Shown: one piece after another, positions 1 through 11,900 of the stretch
How the letters are laid out: each line of letters opens with the position of its first letter
How positions within the stretch are numbered: position 1 is the first letter of the stretch
NCBI GenBank assembly: GCA_015680685.1
Contig: MNCI01001928.1
Location: 1-64,000 of the forward strand
DNA: 64,000 nt
Direction: 5' to 3'
Source of the DNA: Gnetum montanum
Taxonomy: Eukaryota > Plantae > Gnetophyta
Made by a program: the position numbers and the translations under genes
The notes under the pieces: generated by a model
The model's database searches: none
What the model was told of the DNA's origin: nothing
The model's input: the letters and a program-made list of their open reading frames with translations, nothing else

Positions 1-38
1 TCGTATGGTTGAGTGTAGGGGTACCTCGCCACTCATCA
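1..38 (+). mobile_element. 3' end of an LTR of the same Athila-like family as element A1 (rest lies left of the window)
   Basis: 1-38 (..ATGGTTGAGTGTAGGGGTACCTCGCCACTCATCA) is nearly the exact reverse complement of the A1 LTR terminus at 33324 (TGATGAGTGGCGAGGTACCCCTACACCCAACCAT). No PBS follows, so it is a 3' or solo LTR. Confidence 0.85.
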
Positions 39-1158
39 GCTTGGTTTAGCACCTGGATGCCCCCAATATTATTGGGAATCTTCTTCAATTAAGGCTTCGA
101 CAAGAATTCCCTAAGAATAAGTCCATCTAGAAGGGTATCCACCCTATTAATTGGATCCTTTCTCCTCGTGACATTATCATTCCTGGAACACATGTCTTCA
201 AAAGCATTTGGAAGGCTTGGCAGGTCTTACATTCTCATGTGAATTGGAATAATGTTCATATCAATCCTACTCTCCTTTCTAAGATTTGCCCTTGGTAGCT
301 GCCCTTATCGCCTGCTCCTCTAGCCACCTCAAATGCTAGAATAGCCACCATTTGGTTTCAAAAGGGAGTTGTTTCCCTTAGATGTCTTCGTCTCACCAAT
401 TAGTGGATTACTTGGGATATNCAAGGCCTACCTATCGGCAAACGTCGTGAATACCTTGGGATTCCAAACCCTAATTGCCCTCTCTATGGAGGTCCTGATG
501 ATTTTTTCCATGTTTTTTGGCATTGCCCCTTCGCTCAGTCTTCATGGGAGTGGGTTTCTAAAGTTTTCCCTTTGCGCAAGTTTTCCCATGAGGATATCTT
601 GTTCAGCTTTCTGGCCACCCCCTTTGCTGACCTTCAGTTTCTTTGGGAAGTTATTAGGCCCCTCTTTCTTTATTATATATGGAAGCGCAAATGCACTACT
701 CTTTTCCAGAACACTGATTCGTCTAACTCTAACCATTTAACTATTATGGAAAAATTTCAAATCTTCGCCTTGTGTATTTCCAAATTATATCTCACACTTC
801 TAAGTTAAAGTTGGATGCTAATCAGTTGTTTTATTGTTTGCATCCTTGGAGCAGATACACTAATTCGTGCACTCTTCCCCATCTCGATCTGCTACATCGA
901 AGTGTCTCATCATAATTTTGAGCATTTTTATCTCTCTGTTGTTCCCCTGGTCTTATTAACTCACAGTTCTTATTGATTTCTAGCATGAGGTTGCTCTTTC
1001 GAATGTACTCCCACACCTTGTGAAGGATTATGTATCAAGATGTTTTCCCTCAACATCTGCATTTGACATTGTTCTTCTCCCTATTTAACCATCAATATGT
1101 TCAAATGTTGATCATGTACTTAATCTCATTTAATTAATAAAATTCTCTTTTTGGGGTC

Positions 1159-1281
1159 NNNNNNNNNNNNNNNNNNNNNNNNNNNNNNNNNNNNNNNNNN
1201 NNNNNNNNNNNNNNNNNNNNNNNNNNNNNNNNNNNNNNNNNNNNNNNNNNNNNNNNNNNNNNNNNNNNNNNNNNNNNNNNN
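1159..1281. other. Assembly gap (N run)
   Basis: 123 consecutive N. Confidence 1.
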
Positions 1282-4200
1282 AGGTCATAAGTTCAATTCT
1301 ACAAGTTAGCATTGAGTTATAAATCAACAAAAGCTTTGTAAAAGGGAATTCTAAAATTGGTCCAATAGATCATAAGTCTCAAAGGATGTAAGTAAAAAAT
1401 TTCAATTTTATTAAAATATATATTATAAATGTAAAGTAAAATTCTTTAAAAATGTGAAATTTATAAGAGAATGTAATGTTGAAATGAAATAATATGTCAA
1501 AATGATTTTGTTGGTATTTCAGATAATAATAATATTGTTAGATCCCAAAAAATGAACAAAAATATAAAAACAAAGCCTAATGGTTTTGTGGATATCTTTC
1601 CAGGTTTTTATCCTTACAACTAATTCTAAAAAAGCTCCCCTCTAAGATAGGAAAATGATTAGGCCTTGCCCTTATTCAAAAGCACCCTCATGAGTTCTAT
1701 AAAAGGGAATTCTAAAATTGGTCCAATAGATCATAGGTCTCAAAGGATGTAAGTAAAAAATTTCAATTTTATTAAAACATATATTATAAATGTAAAGTAA
1801 AATTCTTTAAAAATGTGAAATTTATAAGAGAATGTAATGTTGAAGTGAAATAATATGTCAAAATGATTTTTTTCTTATTGCCAAATTAAGCTTGTTATAT
1901 TCAAATAATAATAATATTGTTAGATCCTAGAAAATGAACAATAATATAAAAACAAAGCCTAATGGTTTTGTGGATATCTTTCCAGGTTTTTATCCTTACA
2001 ACTAATTCTAAAAAAGCTCCCCTCTAAGGTAGGAAAACGATTAGGCCTTGCCCTTATTCAAAAGCACCCTCATGAGTTTTCACTTCTTACTAAAGGGTTT
2101 CTTGTAAAGAGAAAGAGAGAAAGCTCTCTCTAAATAAAAAATAAAATATCAATCCGAGAGAGAGAACAAATAGCATTATTAATTTTAGTGAGCTATATCA
2201 AGTTATAAAGAACAAATAAGCATTTCAAGGGAAGGGGTAGACCTTCTAGTGGTATTATTTGTTTAATTAAGAATTCTAGATATGAGTTCATTAAGGTATA
2301 CAAAATTGATGATAATAACTAATATTTGTGGGTTCAAGTTCAAGGAATTTGAGAGATTCTTTATATTGCTTTCTGTTATTTTGCTTCAAGGGATTCTTCT
2401 ATCTACAATTCTGCTAATCTTTCATGAGAGCATCCTTTTTAGTACCTAGGTCAGGATGTTGCAAAATTCTCTACGCTTACTAAGGTTTTTCTTTATGGGG
2501 ATTTTAATGCTCATGTTAAACAAAGTCAAATTCAAAGTCTTATTTGGAGTTCTCAATTAAACTTTAGTGAATAGCTTTATTTAGTTCACAAAAGGTCATC
2601 TGTTGATCATTGTACTAATCATAGGGGTATTCATTTCCTAGAGTGGGATCATTTCTTTGATTTTTTAATCCTTAATGGTATCAACAAATTTTCTTCATCA
2701 TCTCATTTTACCTTTTATTGGCCACCAAGGTAACTTTTATATTGATCTTCTTTTGTCTACTCATAATAATATAGATGTAGTAAAAAACTTTCAAGTGGGA
2801 GAAAAACTTCTAGAATCTCCTCATCATTACTTGAACTTCATTGTTCTTGTTTCAATTCACCATATTCATTTCAAAAAATGCAAAACTTGTCATCTCACAA
2901 AAGACCTTCATTAGGATCTTCAAATAAGTGTAGCTAATATGTTTGCCAACAATGACAATGAGGTAGATTTGACTAATGTTCTTTTGTCTACATCTACTTA
3001 GATGTAGATTAAGAAGAACCCTGCTTGTAGAAAATCTTGGTTTAATGTTGGCTGTTTGATAGATTATAAGGATGTTATAGCTTCACATTTTGATGTTTCA
3101 ATGTGAAAGAATTATAGAAAGCTTATTCGTTTTAAAAAAAGAAAATTTATTAAAGAAGAGCAGTGAAGAATGATTCGTGAGCTTCACTCAAATCCAAAGA
3201 GCTTTTGCAATTTTTTATTGAGATAGACAACAACATGGTTGAGATTTTTCCTTATCTACTATTCAAACTTTTTTCAATGACATTTTTAATCAAGAGGCTT
3301 CTTGATTATACAAGATAACTCTAATGTTATTGAGTTATCCCTCAATGACATTTCTATAGGAATTCAAAAATTATCTTCTAGGAAAGGTGTTGATGTTAAT
3401 GGATTATATGTAAAGCTTCTTAAATGGGGTGGTCCATTGGTGTGGAAAGCATCTTGCAATCTTTTTAATAAAGGGCTTTAGCATGGTTTGGATTGCTCTT
3501 GGTATTCTAGTTGAGTAGTCTTGCTTTTCAAAAAAGGAGATAGGATTGATCTTAATAATTACCAATTGATTATAATCAATTTAGTTTTCACTAAGCTTTT
3601 GGGTACTATTTTGGAGGATAAAATTAGTTCATGGGCAAAAATGCAAGGTCTTCATGCTTAGTTACAAGCAAGCTTCAAGAGGAATCATTCTAGTATAGAC
3701 CATCTAATAACTTTACACTATTATGTAGAGAAAGCAAAAAAGGTCAAACCATACAACTTTTATTTGTTTTGTTGATTTCTCCAAGGTTTATGATTTTGTT
3801 GCTCAAGATAAACTTTGGAAGAGATTAGATAACATTAACATTCCACTAGATCTCCTTTTTGGTACTAAAAAGAATCTATGAGATGGTTAACATTCTTATT
3901 GAAGATAATGTTACTAGAGAAGAAACAATTATCAACAACTCAGTTGAAGTTAAACAAGGTTATCCTTTGTCCCCTACACTTGTTGGCATATTTATAGATG
4001 AATTGGAGGAATAGATGCAAAATGTCTTTAATCATGGTATGTTAATGAATGGACTATTTTTGAACATGCTTCTCTTTGTAGATGATGCAACCTTGATTGA
4101 AAAATCAACTACAGGATTAAATTATATGCTTCAAATTTTCCATGACTATTGCAACCATTCAGATATGAAAGTTAATATTGATAAAACTAAAACGCTAGTT

Positions 4201-5267
4201 TGTGGTACTAGAAATAGAAATTAAAAATTTTTCTTTGAAGAGAAAAGGGTTGATATATGTGAATCTTATAAATATTTGGGAGTTGAATTTGCCAGTAACT
4301 ATAGTTGGAGTATCCTTATTGCTAAAAGGGTTTCAAGTGGCATGCGAGCTCTACTTGCTCTAAGAAATAATTATAGTAGGAAATAAATTTTTGCATGGGA
4401 GATTAGAAGGAAGCTTTTTCACAATCTTGTTCAACTTGTATTATTATATGGGTATGTTGCATAGGGACCTTCTCTTTCCACACATAATTGGAAAAAATTA
4501 GAACATGTTCAAAAATAGTTTCTTGTATGTGAATTTCAAGTGAAAATGCAGACTTCTTATGATATCTTACTTTTAGAAGCATATTTACTTCTTCTTAAAG
4601 TTGAAGCCCTTTCTTAATTTATTGCTTATACTTAAAAGTTAAGTCACATTGAGGAAGTTAATTATGCTAAGGAGATAATGAATGTTACACAAGAAAATGG
4701 ATAGTTGCATCAAGCAAAATTATGGCTTTAGTCATGGAATATTATTATAGAGGATCTTCCTTTAAACAAAAGGCTCTTTTGGAAAACTAGAAAAGAAAAA
4801 GTCTTGGCTAAAGTTTAGTTGAACATGTTAGGGAACATGCATTTTTATTTACATTCCGGTAGAAGAGTTTTGTCATCTAGTACTCAACAGTATCTATTCT
4901 CAACTATTCCTATTCATTTAAGGAATCAAATTGCTAGAGCAAGAATGAGCCCTTATTATCTCCTTATTGAGACAGGTTGTAAGATCAATTTACCAATAGA
5001 AGAGCGTTTTTGCAAACCATGCAAACAAAGCATAGAAGATGATGAACATATTTTTTTATTTTGCCCATCTTTGGCTCACATTTGATTAAATTATACTATT
5101 AATTGTAATATGTTGATTGCTTTCTTTCAAATTGACCTTATTTGCTTGGGGCATTACATCAATGATGTTTTCAACTTTCTTTAACACTATGTTGAGGTAT
5201 TATAACAATTCGTCAAATCCTTTGTGATTTCTTGGACATAATAAAAATTTCTAGTTTCCATTTTCCA
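1282..5267 (+). mobile_element. Decayed non-LTR retrotransposon (APE-RT LINE, RTE-X-like)
   Basis: Fragmented ORF2. APE motifs: GRGRPSSG (~2230), YGDFNAH (~2495), LILNG, IDLLL. RT motifs: KGDRIDLNNY, QASFKRNHSSIDH, FVDFSKVYD, VKQGYPLSPTL, LLFVDD (YADD box), KYLG. C-terminal IETG..ERFCKPC..EDDEHIFLFCP. The 3' end is AATAAAAA plus short (TTTCYA)-like repeats at ~5241-5267. Many stops and frameshifts; clade assignment is from motif style only. Confidence 0.88.
1339..2078 (+). repeat. Tandem duplication, period ~361 bp, in the 5' part of the LINE
   Basis: AAAAGGGAATTCTAAAATTGGTCCAATAGATCAT occurs at 1340 and 1701; both copies run to AAAAGCACCCTCATGAGTT. They differ by a few SNPs and a ~20-bp insertion in copy 2. 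Confidence 0.9.
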
Positions 5268-5710
5268 AAAAGAATACATTAATCATTGTTAATTTTGATG
5301 AGCAATGTTGAATTATAAAATTCTAATTTGAGTATATGTCTTGAAAATAAATATTATTTTAAATTTTTTTTTTCGATTTCAACACCACCCTTAAAAAAGA
5401 GAACTTAAGTTGTGCTTTAACATGAAACATTGTTGCTAAGGGACTTCCCTGAAAAAGGAGAGAACGATGGCGTCGTAGCCTTACTTGGGCAGTTAACCCC
5501 TAAAGACTAAGGGTTCAAGCCCCTCCACCTTCAAAGCATGAAAGAGTCGAAAATTTAACAATCTTATACGTTACGAGGGTTTGCAAGGCACTCACTTTTT
5601 TTAATTTTTAACCTTTTTTTTTTCCAAAATTAAAATTAAAATTTAAAAATTAGCACGGAGGGTTGAAGCCAGGGGGAGGAGGAGGAGGAGCGGGACAGAA
5701 AAAGAAAAGA

Positions 5711-5822
5711 GTTTGAATGTCGTAACTGGGGTTCCACCCGTTACTCTAACCTCAGCCACAGCCAGAGCCAGAGCCAGCGTCCGAGGATTAGCCTTTATTT
5801 CAAACTAGGCGTTGCCGCGCGC
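5711..5822 (+). promoter_or_regulatory. Putative proximal promoter of the kinesin gene with G2/M-type motifs
   Basis: TTTGAA (CHR-like) 5712-5717, inverted TTCAAA 5799-5804, TAACTG 5723-5728, CCGTT (reverse AACGG, MSA core) 5738-5742, GC-rich GCCGCGCGC ~5814. Followed by (GCCAGA)n and (CACGA)n repeats typical of plant 5' UTRs. The motifs are short, so function is inferred. Confidence 0.45.
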
Positions 5823-5972
5823 AAGCATTAGAGCCAAGCAAGCACACGACACGACACGACACAGGCCGTAGCAGCATTCTCCCAAGCATCGGAGGAGCCG
5901 CCAACAAAACACAGGCCGCAGCATCACTCAATCATATTTTGTCGCAGATATCGAACTTCCTTCCTTCGCAAA

Positions 5973-8900
5973 ATGGTGCCTTATTCATTCCTAATTTCAG
6001 TGATGCTTTTATCATCGCCGAATGTTTGTATTGGTTTTTGTTTCGAGTTTAGGGGCCCTTGGCACCTGTTTTGTGCTTTTTCTGTGCAATTTTCGTTTTT
6101 GGAGCAGCGTTTTCGGACTTTTAGGTTAACGTTTTTGGATTCATTTGATGAACCAGCTTGTAAGCACGCCGTCTGTTCGATTGCTGTAAGCAACGATGCT
6201 GTTCCTTTAGGCACTGTTTTGTGCCCCGATAAGTCTAATCCCTCGCGTTTTGTACTCTTTATGAATACGATACTTCGTGGTAAAAGTAGAATCTATTTTC
6301 TTCGATTTTGCGTTCTTCGTCGGATAATGAGGACACGAAAAAGAGATTATTGACCGAACACTGCCTTTTCGCGCTGAAGCTTTAGTTGTTAACCTAATGG
6401 ATTTGTATGAAATTCAGATATTCGAAAGTTTCTTTCTATGAGATGCAATGAGTATGGAAAATCATCAGAATTTCTGTGCTAGTAGGGAAAGAATTTGCCT
6501 GTTATAATTATTGCATGCTGTCTGGTAATGTTTTGTGTATTTTGTGAAATGTATCATAGAAAAAGAGCACGTCCGTGTGTCGGCCGGAAAAGAAGAGGAA
6601 AGTTTCTCCCCATGAAGTGCTTCAAAAACCAAATTTCCGAGAGCCACTCTCGCTTATTTCCCAAAATCTGTCAACTGAAGAAGTTTTCCAGTGTGGCAGC
6701 ATGAATGGTCATGAGGAGAGTGCTGAGATAATGATGACAACAAGGGAAATTGAATCTCTGTTAAATACTAGAATGACAGGAAAAGCAAAACATGATACGA
6801 AGGTATTCTGTCAGGCATCTTATTAAGAACAATTTTTGAAAATTTATTGTCATTTTTTAAATCAACATATAATTAATGAATGTGGTAATACATATTGTAA
6901 TGTTTGAGGTTTAATAGGGTAAACTAGAACAAATGATGGATTACATCAAAAAGCTTCGAGCTTGTTCCAGATTCCTTCTCAAAAAGGAGGCCGGATATAT
7001 AGAACACAACAAACAGCTCATGGATGAAATCGAAGAACACAAGCGTAAGCAGGAGGAAATTGGTACGTAGAATGTAAAGTACTTGATAGTATCTTGTTAC
7101 TGCGCTAAAAGCACACCAGTGATATTGTGATCTTTGATTTGGATAATTGAAGTTGAAGTTGAAATCTTAGAAGAATTGTTGTTTTGGTAAGAAATGAATC
7201 TGCAGAGAACCGAACAGTGCTAACACATGTTTTCGGAACGTTAGAAAAGAAATACCTTTCTTTCACATTTTCTCTTCATAACATAGTGAGTTTAAGTTTG
7301 AAATATTTTAGTTTTTAAAATATTGAAGGCCATCCTCAAACTAACACTATTGAAATGTCAAATATAGTTTGTCTCTATGATCTCTAATAGTAGGCCATTT
7401 GTATCATTTTTGACTATTCATATAGTTTACACCTTTAAGGTCCAACTTGAGAACCACTGATTTGTCTTATTTCAAAATTCTGCCACAATCTAGTCCCTCG
7501 ATCATTTTCATGATTCATGGTGATGTCCTGTTCCCTTATGTTTTGGATGCCCGTTATAGACAGCTTTTTCCCCTTGGCTTTGAGGGAATCATTTATGAAG
7601 AGGATTCTACTTGTGCTGAATTGCTGTTCTATTATATTTTTAAAACATTTTGGATAGAAGTATTAATTGGTTAACAGGCATCGTATTTATTATTGAACCG
7701 GTAGAAAAAGAAAATTTTATTAATTGGAAAATTTAGATTTATATTGAATCGAGGAATTTCTGGGGATCACAGAGATCAACCAAGCACCATGATCAAAGAT
7801 CCGTGACATAAGCAGAAAATCTAAAATTTCTTTTAATACATAAAATGAAATAATCTCCTTTAAGGGATTAACTTATTCCCATATTTAATGCTGATGTTTA
7901 TTAAAATATCAAACTTTTGGATGCCAGTTTGGGATGCACATATGTTTGATCCTTTTTCAAGAATCCAAGGTTGACATCATTGCGTTCTATTACTATTTAC
8001 TTTTTTTTTAAAAACGGCTGGAGGCCCAATGCTCATCTGGCCAAGTGAGTTACCGAGCTGGTAGATGAATGAAAGCCTAACGTCTTTTAGAGCGGGCCTT
8101 ATGACCAATAAACAAGCCCTATTACTATTACCAGAAAAGAGTTTATTGGCCCACGAAAAGAAAAAGAAATGTGATTGTTCAAATATTATCCTATTTCAGT
8201 TTGCAGTTTTCATCATTATAGATTTGGTTGCATATAGGAAACTTGAATTATAGCTTGAATTGTAAATATCACTTGCTTTAGTAGCTTGATTAACCATCAT
8301 AATTTGCATTCACTATCAGTTTCTACTTTGAAGCTCGAAAATCAGAAATTGGAGGATGAGATGAACAATCTTAAAGCGAAGTGTCTATGTCTTGAAAAAG
8401 ACCTTGTAGCAGTCAACGATAAAGAAAAGGTAATAGTTTTTCATAGCTGGAGAGATGAGTATCATGAATCAAATGCAGCACTTTCCTTTTACAATGTAAA
8501 ATTTTCTGATCTATAATTTTATTTGGCATGCACTTTCTTCAGGACCTCCAACTACAACATGATAGTGATTTAGAAGCATTACACACTGCCGAAGAAAAAG
8601 AACAAAAGCTTGCCGCTGAGATAGAGCAGCTCAAGGGTTTTGTAACTGCATCCAATGATCAAGTATGCAACTATTTTGATTATGTGTTCCGCTTTGGCAT
8701 CTTCAATTTTGCTGTCAAAATGTTCATTGTCAACAACCTATCTTCTCATTATAAGTAAAAATGCAGAGAGCAGTGGTTTTAACTAGTTTGATCCTCTTAT
8801 AACAATGCAGATCAAATCTCTAAATGACATGAACAGACGACTTACTGAATATAATACAAGCCTCCAAGTATACAACACAAAACTGCAAAATGATGTTGCT

Positions 8901-11900
8901 ACTGCTACTGAAGAAACTATGAAGATCAAGCAGGATAAAGCTACAATTGTTGAAACTCTTGGTACAGTTAGATTCAATGCAACTAGTTTGCAAGCTCAAC
9001 TTGACAAAGCTAAGGTTAGTTGTCTTAAAGTATTATTTTAATGATGATTTGAGATTCATTATTTCTGTTATCAGAAAAATAGATTCAAAGCATTCTTTTT
9101 ATTTTAATGGTTTCAAACCAGACATAAGATAACTTCCAAAGGAAAATTGCTTTTGGACACATTATCTTAATTCATACTTTTGACCTTAAATATGGTATCA
9201 GGAATCTCTTCTTGAGGGCACCAAAGAGAGAAATGCTTTAGCTGAACAGAACGAACAATTAAGGATGGAGCTTCAGAATGTAAAGGCAGAGAGAGAACAG
9301 TTCTTCATTCAAATTCAAGTTCTGACAGAGGAAAATGCCAACTTCAAAGACTTTTCTCTAAAATCAGCTAACGAAATGAAGGATCTTACTTCCAAAGCAA
9401 CAGCACTTGAGGTATCAGTATATATATTGAACAAATTGCCAAAACAACGTGTGGTTTTCCTAGTTTGCAACATCTGCTTAGGATGGTTTTTATATCAACA
9501 TCCTGTTATGTGAACAAGTACAAAGGTTATTAATAGGTCGTTACTTGAAATTTATCTCTGGTAGCTGTGTGTAGCAGCTAGAATGTCCCTGTCCTACACA
9601 TGATGTTGATATAAAAACCATGCAAAGCACCTCGATTTTCCAAATGTAGACGAATCTTCTCAATTATATACTTCAATTTTTATTTTTCTTTGAAGGTCAA
9701 TAATGGTTGTAATACTATTGTAGGAGAGTGCTGGCAATCAATTCGAAGAAATACAAAGACTTCAACAACAACTCAGAACTGCAAATGAGAAGCTCAAGGT
9801 TGGGGACAAATTTTTCATAATGATGTTGAAACGCATCATCCGTTAAATCAGTCATGTCAACAGTAATGCCTTTCCTTATTTAACCATCAACAATGTTTTG
9901 GTGGTACGTTTGTTTCAGATGACAGATGAATTTCTTGCTCAACAAAGGCAACAAGGGGTTGGATACATATCTCAGGTTCAGGATTTGCAGGCTCGACTTG
10001 CAGCAGCTGAACATCAGTTGAATGAAGGGGAGGTGCTTCGACGGAAATTGCACAACACTATTCAGGTATCTATCACGGTATCATAGACTCTATCTATAAT
10101 GCAACTTTTTTGGGCATTTTTTCTGTTCAATATTTTCTGTCCAAGTAAAATGGCCAGCATTTTTCTTAAATTTCTTATTTATTCAAATAGTTTTTTGGTC
10201 CCCATTCTATGTGTATTAATAATTATTTCAAATCAGTAAGGCAAGTTCTTCACATTGTGCTTTAGACTGTTTGGGTATTTAGTCCAGTGGTTAGAATTGC
10301 TTACCTAGATCATTATATTTTACAGTATTATTACATTGGTTTGGATTTCAAGATCCTGTTTTGCATCTAAGGAACCAAGTACATAAAATAAAATGATGAT
10401 AATGAATTTGCATTTCCTATGGCAGGAACTTAAAGGGAACATACGAGTGTTCTGTAGAGTGAGGCCATTGCTAGCGGAGGAAGCGTTAGGTTCAGAAATT
10501 CCAATTGTGGATTACCCAACATCTATGGATCTTCAAGGGCATGGAATTGAACTGATTGAACCCCAGCATGGTATACCTTGTCTCATATTTTCCCGCTCGG
10601 AGTCTTGAAATTTTCATCATCTCACTCCAGGCTGTCCTATTATATTTCCTTACCAGGTCAAAAGTACTCATTTTCTTTCGATAAAGTATTTGGGCCGGAG
10701 GCTACTCAGGAAGACGTATTTATTGATGTATCTCAGCTTGTACAAAGTGCATTGGATGGTTACAAGGTAAATAGGAGTTTTTATTTTATATTTCCATAAA
10801 ATATTGCTATTGATATCAATAGTTGCCTTTTTCCCGGTCTTGATATGTAACTCTTTTTCCAAAAACCTTTAGTTCGGTAATGATTTTAGATTGCAGTTAA
10901 AAAAATGAAATATTCGAAAAATTACTTTGATTATAAGAGAAAATAAAAGAACTATATTGAAATTGTTGGTACAACCCAATAGGGATTTGGTAAAATGTTA
11001 TTTCCCGCTTGGTTTCAGGAAGATAACAAAACGATGAAAATATTTCAAAAATACTAATAGCGAACTGTCATGTTGTTGGCGTACAAGCATGATATTTTTT
11101 TTTCCCAAAAATCTAAGGTTCATTTGACTTAGTAAAAGACTCTATAGCCATAGAGCATCCTGTGGAATTCGAAATAATTCGGTATTAAGGTAAACGTGTT
11201 CGCAAGTGCAAATAGTGCTCGAGTTAGAATTGTCTGGTCACCTTCATACCCACTGCCTCTGCATAACAAGAGATGCTACTTAATTGTTTTAATGAGGATT
11301 GGCAGAAAAGCAAGGGACCGTGCTATACTAGGCATTTGATTTCTATAGTTATGCATTGTGATGGGCGTTAAATGTCATAAAATCATTCCCACAGTTATTT
11401 CCCCTTTGTCTTTGCGATTGGATAAATTGTTAGAGAAGTTTACGACATCTAGCTCCGCTTTGCTATAGACATTCTAATTGCTGTAACCCAGGATAGTCCT
11501 TTTTGTGAAATACGTACTGCATTTCTTTTAAACCATTGACAATGGATGGTAACCTTTTGCATTATGTGACATATACATGCTTCGGCCTACGAGTCAAAAT
11601 GTACTACATCCCTCTTTTTTTACCTGTGGTTTAATGATCTCTTGTTCGTGCAGGTTTGCATCTTTGCTTATGGTCAAACAGGGTCTGGCAAAACATACAC
11701 TATGCTTGGGGATCCGAATGAAGCTTTGAAAAAAGGCTTAATACCACGGTCATTGGAGCAGATATTTCAGGCCAGCCAAACACTGCGCTCACAAGGCTGG
11801 AATTTTACGATGCAGGTGAATGAGGAACGATGCAATATATTTATTTCTTATTTTTGATGTTTTGGTCTTCAGTAAACTAAACTTGAACTGGAGACTTCTA

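Noticed and set aside
369-740. 123-aa hydrophobic + strand ORF (likewise 25076-25411, 26777-27076, 36059-36442, 41534-41905, 42757-43119)
   Set aside because: F/L/I/S-rich shadows of purine-rich TE coding on the opposite strand or of low-complexity UTR; no recognisable motifs.
1339-2078. Tandem duplication as a pair of LTRs or a pure assembly artefact
   Set aside because: No TG..CA ends, PBS or internal region. The copies differ by SNPs and an indel, though haplotype mis-joining next to the gap cannot be excluded.
5490-5515. TTAACCCCTAAA as a telomerase RNA template
   Set aside because: Four C residues do not template TTTAGGG, and no USE/TATA type-3 promoter is evident upstream.
5462-5533. 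Functional tRNA gene
   Set aside because: Only the T-arm folds; acceptor, D and anticodon stems do not pair. Kept only as a low-confidence remnant.
5973-6353. 126-aa ORF as an independent gene
   Set aside because: It is the kinesin ATG reading into T-rich intron 1; the composition is intronic.
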